A stretch of 64,000 bases of DNA, taken from Octopus vulgaris (taxonomy: Eukaryota). The position numbers were made by a program, and so were the translations under genes. The notes under the pieces were generated by a model that did not search any database, was not told the DNA's origin, and saw only the letters and a list, made by a program, of their open reading frames with translations. The DNA lies in the NCBI GenBank assembly GCA_951406725.2, contig OX597817.1:170934001-170998000 (forward strand), read 5' to 3'. Of the stretch, positions 1 through 13,894 are shown piece after piece. How positions within the stretch are numbered: the stretch's first letter is position 1; each line of letters starts with the position of its first letter.

Positions 1-479
1 TGTCTCTTGCTTTATTTCGTGCCAATGTGTGACCCAACCAATTGCAGCCTTCTGATAAGGTCCCGTGACATAGTCTTCTAAATTCTCTTCTGGAGTCTCC
101 TATTTGCTATATAAGCTTCAGCGATTCACCCTATCTCGTCTTTGACTCTCGACCTTCTAAGGTCTAGTCACTGACCACAGAGCGACACAGCCAGTTCCAA
201 CGACAGCCAGTTCCAGCAACAGACAACACCACTGCAGTATTCAGGACCTCCAACACCATCGCCTTCATCCTGCTAATTTAGGGCATTGGACTATGTATCT
301 GATAGTTCTTGACTTGTCTAATTGCCTTTTGATGCCATTTTTGGTTACATACCCATTCCAAACTGAATGACTTGGTTCAACAATTCCATTGTGGTGCAGT
401 TGATTGAATTCTTTTATAAACTGTTTGCCTTGGATACCAAATCTTCAGTGTATAAGAACTAGCTTTATCAATGTCAGCT

Positions 480-710
480 TTAACTCTTTCATTACTGTAT
501 TTCTGTTGAGATGCTCTGTGTTTCTTTCAATTAATTTTAAATATAACAAAGAATTTAGTAAAATAACTTTGTTATCATTAAGCTATTGTTAGGAACATAA
601 ATTATGACTAAGGTTTAGTGGAAGATTTTAATTCAAAACTTATGAAAACAAGACATTTGTACTTACAGAGCCAGAAGCAGTTTCAGCTAGGTTAGTATCG
701 AAAGGGTTAA
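480..710 (-). mobile_element. piggyBac-type MITE, copy 1
   Basis: TTAA(CTCTTT)...AAAGGG-TTAA termini; reverse complement of the copies at 753-981 and 19439-19666. Confidence 0.8.
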
Positions 711-752
711 AAGACAACATTGACTACTGGCATGAGATTCCCATTAAACCCA

Positions 753-981
753 TTAACCCTTTCGTTACCAACCCGGCTGAAACCGGCTCTGGCTCTTTAG
801 TATAAATGTCTTGTTTTCATAAGTTTTGAATTAAAATCTTCCACTAAACCTTAGTCACAATTTATGTTCCTAACACTAGCTGAATGATAACTAAGTTACT
901 TTACTAAATTCTTTGTTATATTTAAAGTAACTGAAAGAAACACAGAGCATCTCGAAATAAATACATTAACAAAAGGGTTAA
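753..981 (+). mobile_element. piggyBac-type MITE, copy 2
   Basis: TTAA-CCCTTT...AAAGGG-TTAA, i.e. TTAA target duplication with CCC/GGG termini as in piggyBac; no ORF. Confidence 0.85.
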
Positions 982-2754
982 AGTCAAAAAGCATTTTTTG
1001 ATGTTTTGATATAAAGTTTCTGTTGATGACATAACCGATTCTTCATCAACTCTGCAGTTTGATATTTTGTCCAAAATTCCATCGTAGATGAGCAGCATTT
1101 ATGTCTTTGTTCAGTTTTTGTATCAACATGTTTTTTAGTTTTTTTTTGTGATTTTTTTTTATCTAAAAAAGATATGAGCTTTTATTTATGATGCATTCTT
1201 CAATATAAGACTGGGTGGATCCATTATTGATCATAGCAATTAGTGTAGGTTCTCCAATAGTTATTTCTTTTATCATCCAATTAGATTCTCCATTAACGAA
1301 CAATATAAGTTTGGTAAATACTTTTCAGTCTTACTTGACTGTAAAATGGATGCCATATTTTTTTCGAACAGTTTCTCATGAAAAATAATTTTATTCATAC
1401 TAGATTTTTGTTAGAGCTATCCTCTTTTCTCTGATTCAGGAATGTCTTCAAAAATGTCCCTTTAAATGACAAACATCAACATTCAATTAATTGTTCAGGA
1501 CAGCTAATATACAGATGAGAGAAATTTCCACAGAGATAACACGTCTTTATTTGGTGAGGAAAATTTTAGGATTTTATTTTTGTGTTTTGCTTGAATGAAT
1601 ATTAAAGGTTTTCAATTAAATATTCATTTTTCAGAGAGATTATCATCAAACACAGTTTCAGGCAACAGAGTGTTTTTGAAACAACAGCCTCAAGATCAAT
1701 ATCTGTCAGTGCCAAAATAACAGCCTCAAGGTCAAGATCTGTCTTTGCCAATAATTTTTCATGAATTTCCTCATTAGCAATTCTGGAAACAGAATTATCT
1801 ACTGTTATATCATGCTGCAAAGCAGTGACATTTTGCACCAACAACTTTAAGCTTGATGTTTTAATACCTTTAGAAAACATTTCTATGTTTCTCCATTGCA
1901 TTGTTGAGCTGTAAGTATATAACACAGTTGCTTGAAGGCAACATCTAAAATGTCAAGAACTTGTTGATAAGCTTGACAACTTTGAATACAGTGAAATTTA
2001 TCATTTGACAAATAATTTATTAATGATTCGAATTTATCAGCATTACTGAGACAGTTATGTTGACAACATATGTAGGAGGTCTAAATTCAAAACTATTGAA
2101 GCCACAAAATTTCTGAGGCTGGTTTATCAATATCAGTATTTTGAATAGTTTAGTGATGTCATCTTCTCATAATTGAGATGAAGTGCCTTCTTGCTTCTAC
2201 CTGAGGGGTTGTGGAATTGTCATGAATTGACATTTTATTTGTGGTTTGCACCTAGAAGTAGATTATAATTATTTGAAAATGTGTTGTGAAAAGAATATGA
2301 GGAGCAAATAAATCTTATTATATGTTTCTCATAAATCTTATTAGTTGACTTTTATTGCTAAGCAATCACTGATTGAACTTTATTCACAAAACTCTGATTG
2401 TCTTCTGAATAATAATATAAACAAAATAGGAACAGGTTAATAATGGCTCATAGAGAATCATATTACTCATCCATTAACATCCCATAATAATACCACCATC
2501 ATGAAATAGCTCAACTGTGCAAGCTAGTGAGAAAGTCTCGATGCAGTCTCTCAAACTGCAAGAAATTGCAGTGAAATATTTGTCTATTCGTCATATACTG
2601 GTCTTACATTAAACCTTTTGACTCCATTTATTTAATTTAATTTTGAGAATATTGTAAGAATTTTGTAAAATAATTTTATCATTATCAAGATGGTGATTGG
2701 AACATAAATTAACATAAAACTTTGATGGAAGGTTTTAATAATATCACTTAAAAT

Positions 2755-5060
2755 ATGAAGAAAAAATTTGCCAATGTTCTGCATCGTGATGACCAAAGAC
2801 TTGAGGTGTTTCATGTTGCAAGACAGTGCATGAGAGAGAACCGTGATGTTATAGGAGAGAAGTGTGTCCGCATGGATGACGGCTCACTTGCATTTAATGA
2901 GGCTGCAAGAAGAGGGACTTGGAGATGCCACTATGAATGGTTGCTAAATGAAAAGAATGAATAGGAGAAAGATAGTTTGCCAAATGTCAACCCAACAGAG
3001 GGACCAGCTATCTGAATAGTACCTTGGTAGATAAAGCAATTAAGGATATGAAAAAAGGGAAAGCCCCCAGCCCATCAGGAATCACTGCAGAGATGCTCAA
3101 GATATCTGGCAGTGTTGGCTATAGTCTAGCCATCCGTATAGTTAACCAGGTGATACATAAAGGAGTGATACCCAATGACTGGTGTAGCAGCACCATAGTC
3201 AACTGCTACAAAGGTAAAGGTGACGCTCTAGATACAAATAATTACAGAGGTATCAAGTTGTTGGATCAGGTAATGAATGTAACGGAGAGGGTCATAGTCC
3301 AACTAATTAGAGAGAAAGTCAGTCTAGATGAGATGCAGTTTGGGGTTGTACCAGGGAAAAGCACCACTGATGCTATATTTCTGGTAAGACAGCTGCAGGA
3401 AAAATACCTAGCCAAAGAGAAACCTCTGTACCTCACTTTCATTGACATGGAGAAAGCCTTTGAGAGGGCCCCCGATCCCTTACCTAATGGTCAATGAGGA
3501 AACAAGGGATAGATGAATGGTTAGTGAGAGCTGTACAAGCCATGCACAGAGATGCTGCCAGTACGGTGAAGTGTTGGCAACGAGTACAGTGAAGAATTCC
3601 GGGTAGAGATAGGGGTCCACCAAGGATCAACCTCAGCTGCCTCTTATTCATCATAGTCCACCAGGAAATAACAGAAGAATTCAACACAAGATGCCCCTGG
3701 GAGCTCCTCTATGCTGATGACCTTGCTCTAATTGCTAATATCAGAACTAGAGGAGAAGTTTTAGGTGTTGAAGCAAGGATTAGAATCAAAGGGCCTTAGA
3801 ATCAATCTAGCAAAAACCAAAGTCTTAATAAGTAGTAAGGCAGACAAACCACAAACCCCTTCAGGTAGATGGCCCTGCTCAATGTGTAGAAAAGGCATGA
3901 GTAGAAACTCCTTAAGATGTACCCTGTGTAAGCTATGGACACATAAGAGGTTCAGCAATATCAATGGAAGGCTAACTCGGAAGATACTTTTTGTGTGTGG
4001 TAAATGCACAGGAGCAATAAGCACTGAAAGTGTGCAGAGAGCAGCTTCCATCACATTCCAGGGGGAAAAGCTACAAGTAGTTGATAGTTTCCGTTACCTA
4101 GATGACCAAGTCAGTAGCGGGGTTGGATGCTCTGAAAGTGTAATTGCTAGAGTAAGGATAGCCTGGGCAAAATTCAAAGAGCTCCTACCTCTGCTGGTGA
4201 CAAAGGGCATCTTGCTCAGAGTAAATGGTAGAGTGTATGACGCATGTGTGTAAACAGCCATGCTACATGGCAGTGAAACATGGGTCGTGACTGCCGAGGA
4301 CATGCGTAAGCTTGCAAGGAATGAAGCCAGTATATGCCACTGGATGTGTTAATGTCAGTGTGCATACTCAACAGAGTGTAAGCACCCTGAGAGAAAAGTT
4401 GGACTTAAGAAACATCAGATGTGGTATGCAAGAGAGACAACTGCACTGGTATGGTCATGTATTGCGAATGGATGAGGTAGACCCAGGAAGATCTGGGATG
4501 AGGTGGTGAAGCACAACCTTTGAACATTGGGCCTCACCGAGGCAATGACCAGTGACCGAGACCTCTGGAGATATGCTGTGCTTGAGAAGACCCGGTAAGG
4601 TAAGTGAGACCATAACCGTGGCCTATGCCAGTGCTGTGTGATTAGCCCATTTAAGAGTACACTTCAATCATTGAACAATAAACTACACTTGCGAAGACCT
4701 GTTGAGGCAAGTGAAATCACTATCGTGGCCAACGACAGTACCGCTTGATTGGCACTCTTGCCAGTGGCACGTAAAAAGCACCATTTGAGCGTGGTCATTG
4801 CCAGTGCCGCCTAACTGGCTCCTGTGCAGGTGGCATGTAAAAAGCACCATTTGAGCATAGCTGATACCAGTACCGCCTGACTGGCCCTCATGCCAGTGGC
4901 ACGTAAAAGCACCCACTACACTCTAAGAGTGGTTGGTGTTAGGAAGGGCATCCAGCTGTAGAAACTTTGCCAGATCAGATTGGAGCCTGGTGCAGCCTGC
5001 TGGCTCGCCAGCCCTCAGTCAAACCACCCAACCCATGGCAGCATGGAAAGCAGACATTAA

Positions 5061-5098
<38 letters not shown>
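2755..5098 (+). mobile_element. 5'-truncated, decayed RTE-type LINE (RT with embedded PHD finger, 3' UTR, (GAT)n tail)
   Basis: ORF pieces 2755-2964, 3024-3497 and 3765-4253 carry KAPSPSGITAEMLK, NYRGIKLL and DMEKAF; ctatgctgatgac (YADD) at ~3710; FRYL; (GAT)n tail ending ~5098; colinear with 47518-50401. Confidence 0.93.
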
Positions 5099-5239
5099 AA
5101 TATATACAAGTATAGTGGATAGAATGGAGAAAGTTCAGATCAGGCAGACTACTATTAAGACATACATATACAGGTTAAGTTAGCCTCAGGTTTGACTTGA
5201 GCACTTCTATGCTATGTGTTTCATAAGAAAATTATAACT

Positions 5240-6190
<951 letters not shown>

Positions 6191-6582
6191 TAAACTAAAT
6201 CAAAAACCAAAGCGTCTTTTTGTCCGTGTGTGGTTCCAGTTTTATATGAAAGGTATCTAACTAATTGAATCAAATTGTTACCTTGTAATTCTACTTAAAT
6301 CATTTAATCTAACCATTTTGCTCAGTCATTCCATTATCTCTGACAAATACTGATTTATTATACATTCTCGAAACAGGAGCCAGAAGCAATACAATAAACA
6401 AGAGGCAGCGAGGTAATATTTTTATGGCCTTTTCTATGAAACGTGGCAATTTTGGGAAATGTTAGATATTCCAGAAGCTAGTGCTGAAACAAATCTAATA
6501 TTGTCAGAAATGTTTAGTTATTGAGACAGTAAGAATAATGAAAGAAATCTTGAAAAAAAACGGGCAAATTCTTATAAAGGTC

Positions 6583-7420
6583 AAACCGAAGCCTTGTGGG
6601 TGGATTTGGAAGATAGAAACTAAAAGAACCCTGCCGTGTGTGTGTACGTGCGTGCATGCATGTGTGTGTATATGTATATATATAGACAGAGAGATAAATA
6701 TATGTATGTATGTATGTATTTTTTTTAATACAAATAAATGAAAGAATGGAGTTGAACGACGATTTAACAAAATTCCTTTATTCTCGACATATGTTTCGAA
6801 GGCTGCATATTCCTAATTTCGAAGGAATAAGGGGTGCATTATGCCGCCTTCTCATCAGGAAAAACAAGGAACTTATGTCAGCATCAAGATGAACAAAAAC
6901 TCTTAGATGACTGCCCACACAGAGTCCATAGCAATAATGAGTGTTTCTTTAAAATATTCCGTTATCAGCAGTGACGTCAAAAATGGTTGAATGTAGAAGA
7001 TTCTAGAAGGTTCAAGAGTTCAAACAAGGTTGGAGGGGAGAGATCTAAGAATAGGAAGGTGACAGGGTGCAAGTCATATGAATGGTGATGTGTTGTTTGC
7101 TTTTGCGATTGAGTGCCTATGTGTGTGTGTATGTATATAACTGCATTCGTGTCTATGTGTGTGTATGTGTGTGTGGTTGGGTAGATGCCAAAAACAAACA
7201 GTGGTGAAGTGACAGGTCTGTGTTTGTCCCCAAACATCGCTTGACAACTGATGATGGTGTGTTTACATCTCCGTAACTTAGCAGTTCAGCAGAAGAGACC
7301 AATAGAATAAGTACTAGGCTTACAAAGAATAAGTCCTGGGGTCGATTTGCTCGACTAAAGGTGGTGCTCCAGCATGGTCACAGTTAAATGACTGAAACAA
7401 GTAAAAGAATAAAAGAGTAT
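6583..7420 (+). mobile_element. SINE family A (5'-truncated), with a Penelope-like fragment inserted in its internal microsatellite
   Basis: GCCTTGTGGGTGGATTTGG...GAAACT segment at ~6590; 3' body TGTTTGTCCCC...GACTGAAACAAGTAAAAGA at ~7217-7420; foreign sequence ~6720-7200. Confidence 0.8.
6781..6863 (-). ncRNA. Type I minimal hammerhead ribozyme (Penelope-like element)
   Basis: Minus strand: ttttc-CTGATGA-gaaggc...gccttc-GAAAC-ATAT-GTC-gagaa. Complete core, 6-bp stem II, stem I ttttc/gagaa, palindromic ATAT in stem III. Confidence 0.85.
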
Positions 7421-8439
7421 AGAAAATAACCATTGATGATAAATGGAATTTTAGTTTCCCCTAGGGGAAAAAACCAGATCATATGTATCTCATTTAAAGA
7501 CTGAAGATCTAGAAAGTTGAAAAAAAAATTAGTAGCAAATATTCAGTCTTAGAAAATGTATGCAACATTCTTGACTAGATGATTATTCTAGTTTATTTTC
7601 CCAATATAAGATTATTTGAAAAAAATATAGTAAACCAAGCTCTAAATACAAAATTGAGACCAAACATATCCTTTGATTATTTTTCAGGTGATGCTAGTAG
7701 AGAGATTGGTGATGTTAAGCAAATTGTAAAGCATTTTAATAGAAATTTCTTAAGTATAGGTCACACTTTCATAAACATACTCAATTTTTTTTTATCAAAC
7801 GTCTATTGGTAATCTTTAACTTATAAGCATATTCCAGTAGAGGAAGCCACAAAAATTACATTGACAAGCACAGAATTTAGTGCCTTCGATATCACACCTG
7901 TTTTTAGAAAAATTTTGGTAGTTGGTTCTAAATATGTTGAGTTTTTCTCCTTTGGCTTCAGCTATTGAGATATGCTATTACCTTAATTGCTATGCATACA
8001 ACCAATCGGGCATGAGAATTGATGACTACTAATAATTTGTTGCTTTTGAATAAAAAAAAAAAGTGGCTTCATACTAGAAGAATATGTACATTTATGGTTA
8101 AATTACATCCATAGAATGGGATAATATTAAAACAAGCATAGAAAGTTCGTTTACACAGACATCTCACAAATGCAACATTTCAAAGACTTCTTGTGGTGAC
8201 AGTCACATTGAATGATCAAGCCCACGAAATTTTTTTTTCATACTTAATACCAATATAATCATAATATGAAAGGTATTTATAGAAAATTCAATAAAAATTA
8301 CCCATTTTTCTGAAGTTATGAGTAAAGAAAGCCGTCTCGTGTGTTTTTTCCAAAGCTTCTCACCCAACCTCCAGAAACATTTTTTTCACTACATCAATAT
8401 AATCGGAATCTACACCACTTGAAGTATATTTATAGAAAA

Positions 8440-8828
8440 CTAGCAGTGTCGCCCGGCGTTGCTCGGGTTTGTTTCGACCCTTTAGAATTGGAATTTTTGA
8501 AAAGTAAAAACTTTGCATTATGTAGCTTTTTATTCTTTTTAAGTGAACATTTTTCTGGTTGAAATACACTGAAAAATGGCGACACAGCAGTAAAAAAATC
8601 GTAAAAAATAGGGATTTTCATAGGAAAAAAGTCCCTTTTTTATGTAAAAAATTTTTGGTGTTAACGTGGTCCGATTTGAATTTTTTCTTCTACGGAAGGA
8701 AGAGCAAGACTTCTATCATACTCTCAATTTTGGTCAACTTGCGCTGCAGGGTCTCGGAGAAGATAGTGTTAGTTGAAGGCTACCAAACCTGCCATACACA
8801 GACAACTTCAGCTTTATACATATAGAGA
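8440..8828 (-). mobile_element. Non-autonomous Helitron
   Basis: Minus strand begins TC(TCTATATGTATAAAG) and ends with hairpin CCCGAGCAACGCCGGG then CTAG; inserted between host A and T without a TSD. Confidence 0.8.
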
Positions 8829-8899
8829 TTTCATACAAAAATATCCATTTTCTGGAAGTTATGAGGCAACAAATTCGGGGAGCACATACATGCAGGAAT

Positions 8900-9975
8900 A
8901 CCTAATCTGCCATCATATGGTTATCCCAGTGTTCCTAGTTCTTAAATCTTGTTCATCACTTAGATCACCAAGGATGTCTGGGAAATGACCCAAGAGGCTG
9001 TGGAGGTAATGCATACTGATGCTCATATTATAGTGAAGTTGACAGCAAGACAAGAGCATGTTCTCCACTAGCTCAGAGTAGCTGATGGCTTCATGGCTCT
9101 CAAGAAAATTTCTTGCAGCCAAAGTGAATGAAGACTGTGCATCTGCTTCAACATTGTTCATTGAACTTTGGAAATGTTTGTCCTTCATGAGTTCCTGATT
9201 TGTGGCCCATCAAAGATGCCTGCCTTCAGTTTTTTCATGCACAACACTGGAAATTTTCTGCATATGTATCAAAGCAGTCCCCTTCTTTGTTCTAATCCTT
9301 CATAAATTCTTTGATTAAACCTTGTTTGATTGTGCAGTGGTAGTAAAATGATCTTATCTCTGTCAACAAAGGGTTCTGAAATTAGGTTCTTTTCTCCAAT
9401 GACCATGTTTTCTCTTAGAGGCTGTTGTTTTCTAACCCAGTGCTCGTCCTTAGACCTACTAACTTAGAGACAGAAACAATAGGGATACTTGGTGTATCCA
9501 CTCTACTAACCCAAGAGAAAATTCATTGTTTTAAGATCCACATAGATATGGTATGGCATCATCTGTAAGACCAAAATAATTGTTTCCTACTGCTTGGTCA
9601 CCTTAACTGAGTGACCAGTTGGGATGGATTCACATTTGTCTCTATTGTGTAGAAGCACACCTTTTAAGCTCTGCTTAGATCTCTCTATGAGCAACTGCCA
9701 TTCACTCAGAACATATTTTGATATACCCACTTTCATCAGCAAGCCTTGAACGTCATTACAAAAATCAAAATCATTTTCTTCTGAGAAGAAGGGCAGTGGA
9801 TCCATTTCTCTATTGTGATAGCGTGTGATTTATTGATAAATGCATCATCTCCAAAACTAAAGCTGTTAGAAACAAATAAAGGTCATTTTCTTATTTGGTA
9901 GCATGAATATACCTAGAATCAGTTCTAAAATTTGTGGCACAAATTTTTTTTTTTTTAATTTGTTCCCCAGAGTAA
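8900..9975 (-). pseudogene. Decayed DNA-transposon transposase, probably CMC/Chapaev3-like
   Basis: Minus-strand fragments WQLLIERSKQSLKGVLLHN, VDLKTMNFLLG..GYTKYP, KIILLPLH/IKQGLIKEF, KLKAGIFDGPQI and MHYLHSLLGHFPDILGDLSDEQ match a widespread transposase family; terminus TTTGTTCCCCAGAG at ~9960-9973. Superfamily assigned from memory. Confidence 0.7.
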
Positions 9976-11454
9976 TTAATGATTTGAAATTTGAAATTAA
10001 AGCAGTGTTGTGCTTATGACATTATCTCTATTTGTTTTCTCCCATCACTGAAAGGTACAAACAGCTAAATATCTTTGTTTACAAATTAATTAATCTTTCA
10101 GAACTTGTGCTTTTATGACTCATTAAAAATTGCTAAAGTTATTAGCATTTTCAAAAAGAAAACAAAAATATTTTAAAAGGTTTTGTTTTGTCTTTCTTAA
10201 ACTCTATTTTTTCATCAAAGATAACTTACGTGTAAAATGCCTCTATGGTTGATACAGAAATTATTGCACACAATATATCACCACAGAGTTGATATTAAAG
10301 ACCTCTATCAGTTAAAACTGTCTATACAGTCACACATATGTGCATAAGCCTGGGCAAGATACTTGAGGAAGACTGGCAGATACCCATAAATGCAAGTCTC
10401 ACCTCGCCACAACACCAAGATAAAGGGTGGTGGTAAGAACCAATACAGCTTGGCACCAATGTTATTGCAAATGTTGCAGTCAGAATGTAAAGATCTGGAA
10501 CAGATATTGCAAAAATCATCTTGGTCAATCATCTGAAAATTCTGCTAGTTCACTGCCTTGAACTTGCATTTACTTTTTGTCAATCCCATAAGGATAAAAT
10601 ACAAAATTGAACTCAGAACACAGAGTGTTGGAACAAATGCAATGAGAATGCAATTTTGAATAATGTAAATTTGAATTTTGTGTTGATTTATGCTGTAAAG
10701 AAGTGCAAATTTAAAATTAAGCTTATTTTTCTTCATAGTTAGTACATACCATGTTTTAACCCAAAAGATAAACTCCTTGATAGCAAATTTTGATCTCCAT
10801 TACTTTCGGGGTTTCTTTTGTTTTTTGTTTTGTTTTTTCAATAAAATAATTTTTAACTTACGGAGATGTACTTGCATACATTTCGTGTGCTGGAACGAAA
10901 ATAATTGCTGCATGGAAGGTGTTTATAAGCCATTTAAGAAACACACAAAAATGTTTAGATTCACTTCAACATTTAAATTTAATTTACCAAAATATTTTCA
11001 GCGCTCTGAGACCGCGACCTGTTCACTGACAAAATTCCGTGCTGCATCTATTTATGATATATTTTCTCAGTAAACTTTCCTTACAATGAACTTTCTTCAC
11101 AGTGAATTGATGGTGGTGAACTCTGCTGCGACGAATTGGTGGCAGAGAACTTAACTGTAATCCTGTGAACCTTGCAACTTGGTATTCTGCAAGCATATAA
11201 TTCAGTCTGCTTTGTTCTTGACTTCTCTCATTTCAGATATACTCTTATGATGATATTCCTAGCATGGATTTTTACATGGTCTTTTCTGTGATAACCAATT
11301 AATGTTCTTCTTCCCTCTTTGTAGTAGCCCACATCTCACTTGCATATAAGAGCATGGGTAGGACAGGGCTACAAAGTGACTTGAATGTAGGGTCATATCT
11401 AGTTTTGATTTGAGCACATCTTTTATCAAGGTAAATCCTACCCTTATTCTCCTT

Positions 11455-11869
11455 TAGGTAGTGGGTAGCGATTTTCTTCGCTACTTTAGGGAGTGACGAC
11501 CCTGCCTGACACGAGTCCTGGACTCAGCTGGCTCCGGTTGACAGTACCTGGTATGGGCCCCTATCCAGGGTTATGGAAAGGAGAGAACCTTCAAAGAAAG
11601 CCGGAGTGGAGCCCTGTAGGTGGTTTATTGTTTGACTCAACACTCTTCCAGCAGCTCCTGCAACCAAGCTGGTGCCAAACGTAATGCTCTGCATTCCTTT
11701 GGACTACGTCAGCAAGATCAAGAGAGGAATCCTGACGATTGGGCTACCCAGGATTTTCTTACATCTAGCCCAGGCCTGCACAAAACTGGAGAGGACATGA
11801 AATGTAAAAACCAGATTGCATTAGTTTATGCACAACTCCATTGTCTCCCGAGACAAAAGGATGCCAACA
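11455..11869 (+). mobile_element. Non-autonomous RTE-derived retroposon with 9-bp TSD
   Basis: TSD ATTCTCCTT at 11446-11454 and 11870-11878; 3' end CAACTCCATTGTCTCCCGAGACAAAAGGATGCCAA matches the 3' UTR of the RTE fragment at ~34648-34690 (-). Confidence 0.75.
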
Positions 11870-12119
11870 ATTCTCCTTGAGATTTCAGCATTCATGTCTT
11901 GGCACATATTCAGTGTGCCCTTGGTAGACATATTCCTTTACCCTTTTGATTTCATTACTTCCCACCTCTATCCAGCTTTGTGCTACATCTTCTGACAGCA
12001 CATATTTTGTTCATAAGCAATGAACATTCGAATGTATCATGTTGAGATATTATCTCAAAAATTCAATGTACTTTCTTTCATCCTCATCCTCAAAAATATA
12101 TTTTCCTAGACTCACACAG

Positions 12120-12680
12120 TTTGATGCCCAGGACATTAATCGTCTGGAAACCGTTCAGCGACGTGCAACCAAGAGAATACCCTCCATCAGGCATTTGACA
12201 TATTCTGAACGCCTTACTTCCCTGGGCATGGATACATTGAAACTCCAACGCCTGGCAGCTGACTTGGCAGACACCCCTAAAATTATTAACCATCTTACTA
12301 ACAATAACTCTGAGCACCTTTTCAAACTCCACCTGTCTAACACCCGTGGACACGTTTACAAAGTCAGAAAACAGCACAGCTCCCATGACTTTCGGAAACA
12401 TTTTTTCACGTTAAGAGTTGCTGAAGCATGGAACAAACTGCCGGCATCAGTTGTTAGTTGTCAGAGCACTGCATCCTTTAATACTTCCATGCTTCCTGAG
12501 ATTCGCCAACACTACACCTGATTTTCTCCCCTCCATACACACGCAAGCATGTATCTGACTCATACACTGTTCACTTCCCAGGCATTTGTACATTACTGCA
12601 TATGCCTTATACGCACTTTTGACAAGTTGTGGTGCACCTGAGCACTGTATACAATAATTTCATTATTATTTATTATTATT
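12120..12680 (+). mobile_element. CR1-type LINE 3' end
   Basis: ORF 12039-12521 contains LETVQRRATK, YSERLTSLG, NTRGH and FFTLRVAEAWNKLP, typical of the CR1 ORF2 C-terminus; (ATT)n tail at ~12662-12680. Confidence 0.9.
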
Positions 12681-13074
12681 AAAAGATATGCTGATTTAAA
12701 AATCCTAGGAATCCTCATTACCATTAATAAAACTCTTATGAGGAAACCACAATTTTATCTAATCCAGTGGTTCTTAATCTTTTTTTATTTTTTTATTTTT
12801 TGTAGCACTCCTATTCCTTTTAAGTAGTTGTTATCCATAGCAACTGCTTAAGTGGTGAGTGAAATATTACAACTAAACAAACATGGATGATAATTTATAA
12901 ATTTTACTCTGAAAATGGATTGTATAAGCTTTTAACAGTGAAATGATAAAAAATTAATAACGACAAAATTTGTAAATCTACATTATTCATTTCAAGTTAA
13001 TGACTTCTCTGTGCCTAATGAGGTCTCATTTTATTTTAATAACCATTACTAGTTTTATCATGTATAATATAATA

Positions 13075-13500
13075 ACCATCATCATCATCATCATTTAGTG
13101 TTCACTTGTCCATGGTTGGATGGTTTGACCAGAGCTGGTATGCTAAAGGATGCCACCAGACTCCAGTCTGATTTGGCATGGTTTCTACAGCTGGATACCC
13201 TTCCTCCTGCCAATCACTCCAAGAGTGTAATGAGTGCGTTAAGTGCCAATGGCACAAGTACCAGTTGTGTGACACCAGTATCTGCCACAATTAACAATTT
13301 CACTTGGTTTGATGGATCTTCCTTCTCAAGCACAGCATATTGCCAAATCTGTCAGTCATTTGTCATTGCCTCCATGAAGCCCAACACTCAAAAGGTGCTT
13401 TTTATGTGCCACCTGCATGGGTTCTACTTACATGACACTGGCATCTTCCACATTGCCTCCATGAGGCCCAACACTCAAAAGGTAGTTTTTACATGTGTTT
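13075..13500 (-). mobile_element. RTE 3'-UTR fragment
   Basis: (ATC)n tail followed by the reverse complement of the RTE 3' terminal sequence (GGATACCCTTCCT...CCAATCACTC). Confidence 0.7.
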
Positions 13501-13606
13501 TATCACGTTAATCATGTTACCTCACTGCCTCCTTAAAGCCTAATGCCCCCTTCGACATACCCAGTGCTCACTTGGGGACCCATGTTGAGGGCCTCTGATC
13601 TAACAT

Positions 13607-13829
13607 ACTCTTTTACTTGTTTCAGTCATGTGACTGTGGCCATGCTGGAGCACCGCCTTTAGTCGAGCAAATCGACTCCAGGACTTATTCTTTGTACTCT
13701 AGTACTTATTCTATCGGTCTCTATTGCCGAACCGCTAAGTTACAGGGAAGTAAACACACCAGCATCGGTTGTCAAGCAATATTGGGGGGACAAACACAGA
13801 CACACAAACATATACACACACATACATAC

Positions 13830-13894
<65 letters not shown>

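Larger units (their letters stand above)
295..2260 (-). pseudogene. Decayed Ty3/gypsy LTR-retrotransposon internal region (gag-protease-RT start), split by two MITEs
   Basis: Manual minus-strand translation gives, in gypsy order: Gag-like IANEEIHEKLLAKTDLDLEAVI (ORF 1602-1925); CCHC knuckle CYLCGNFSHLYISC (~1500-1542); retropepsin-like AMINNGSTQSYI (~1202-1237, catalytic D lost); RT start KQFIKEFNQLHHNGIVEPSHSVW...KRQLDKSRTI (~298-445). Many stops and frameshifts; ends approximate. Confidence 0.8.

Noticed and set aside
10230-10532. Possible minus-strand exon bounded by ttttcag and gtaag
   Set aside because: No frame is open across it and no recognisable protein; a non-coding exon cannot be excluded.
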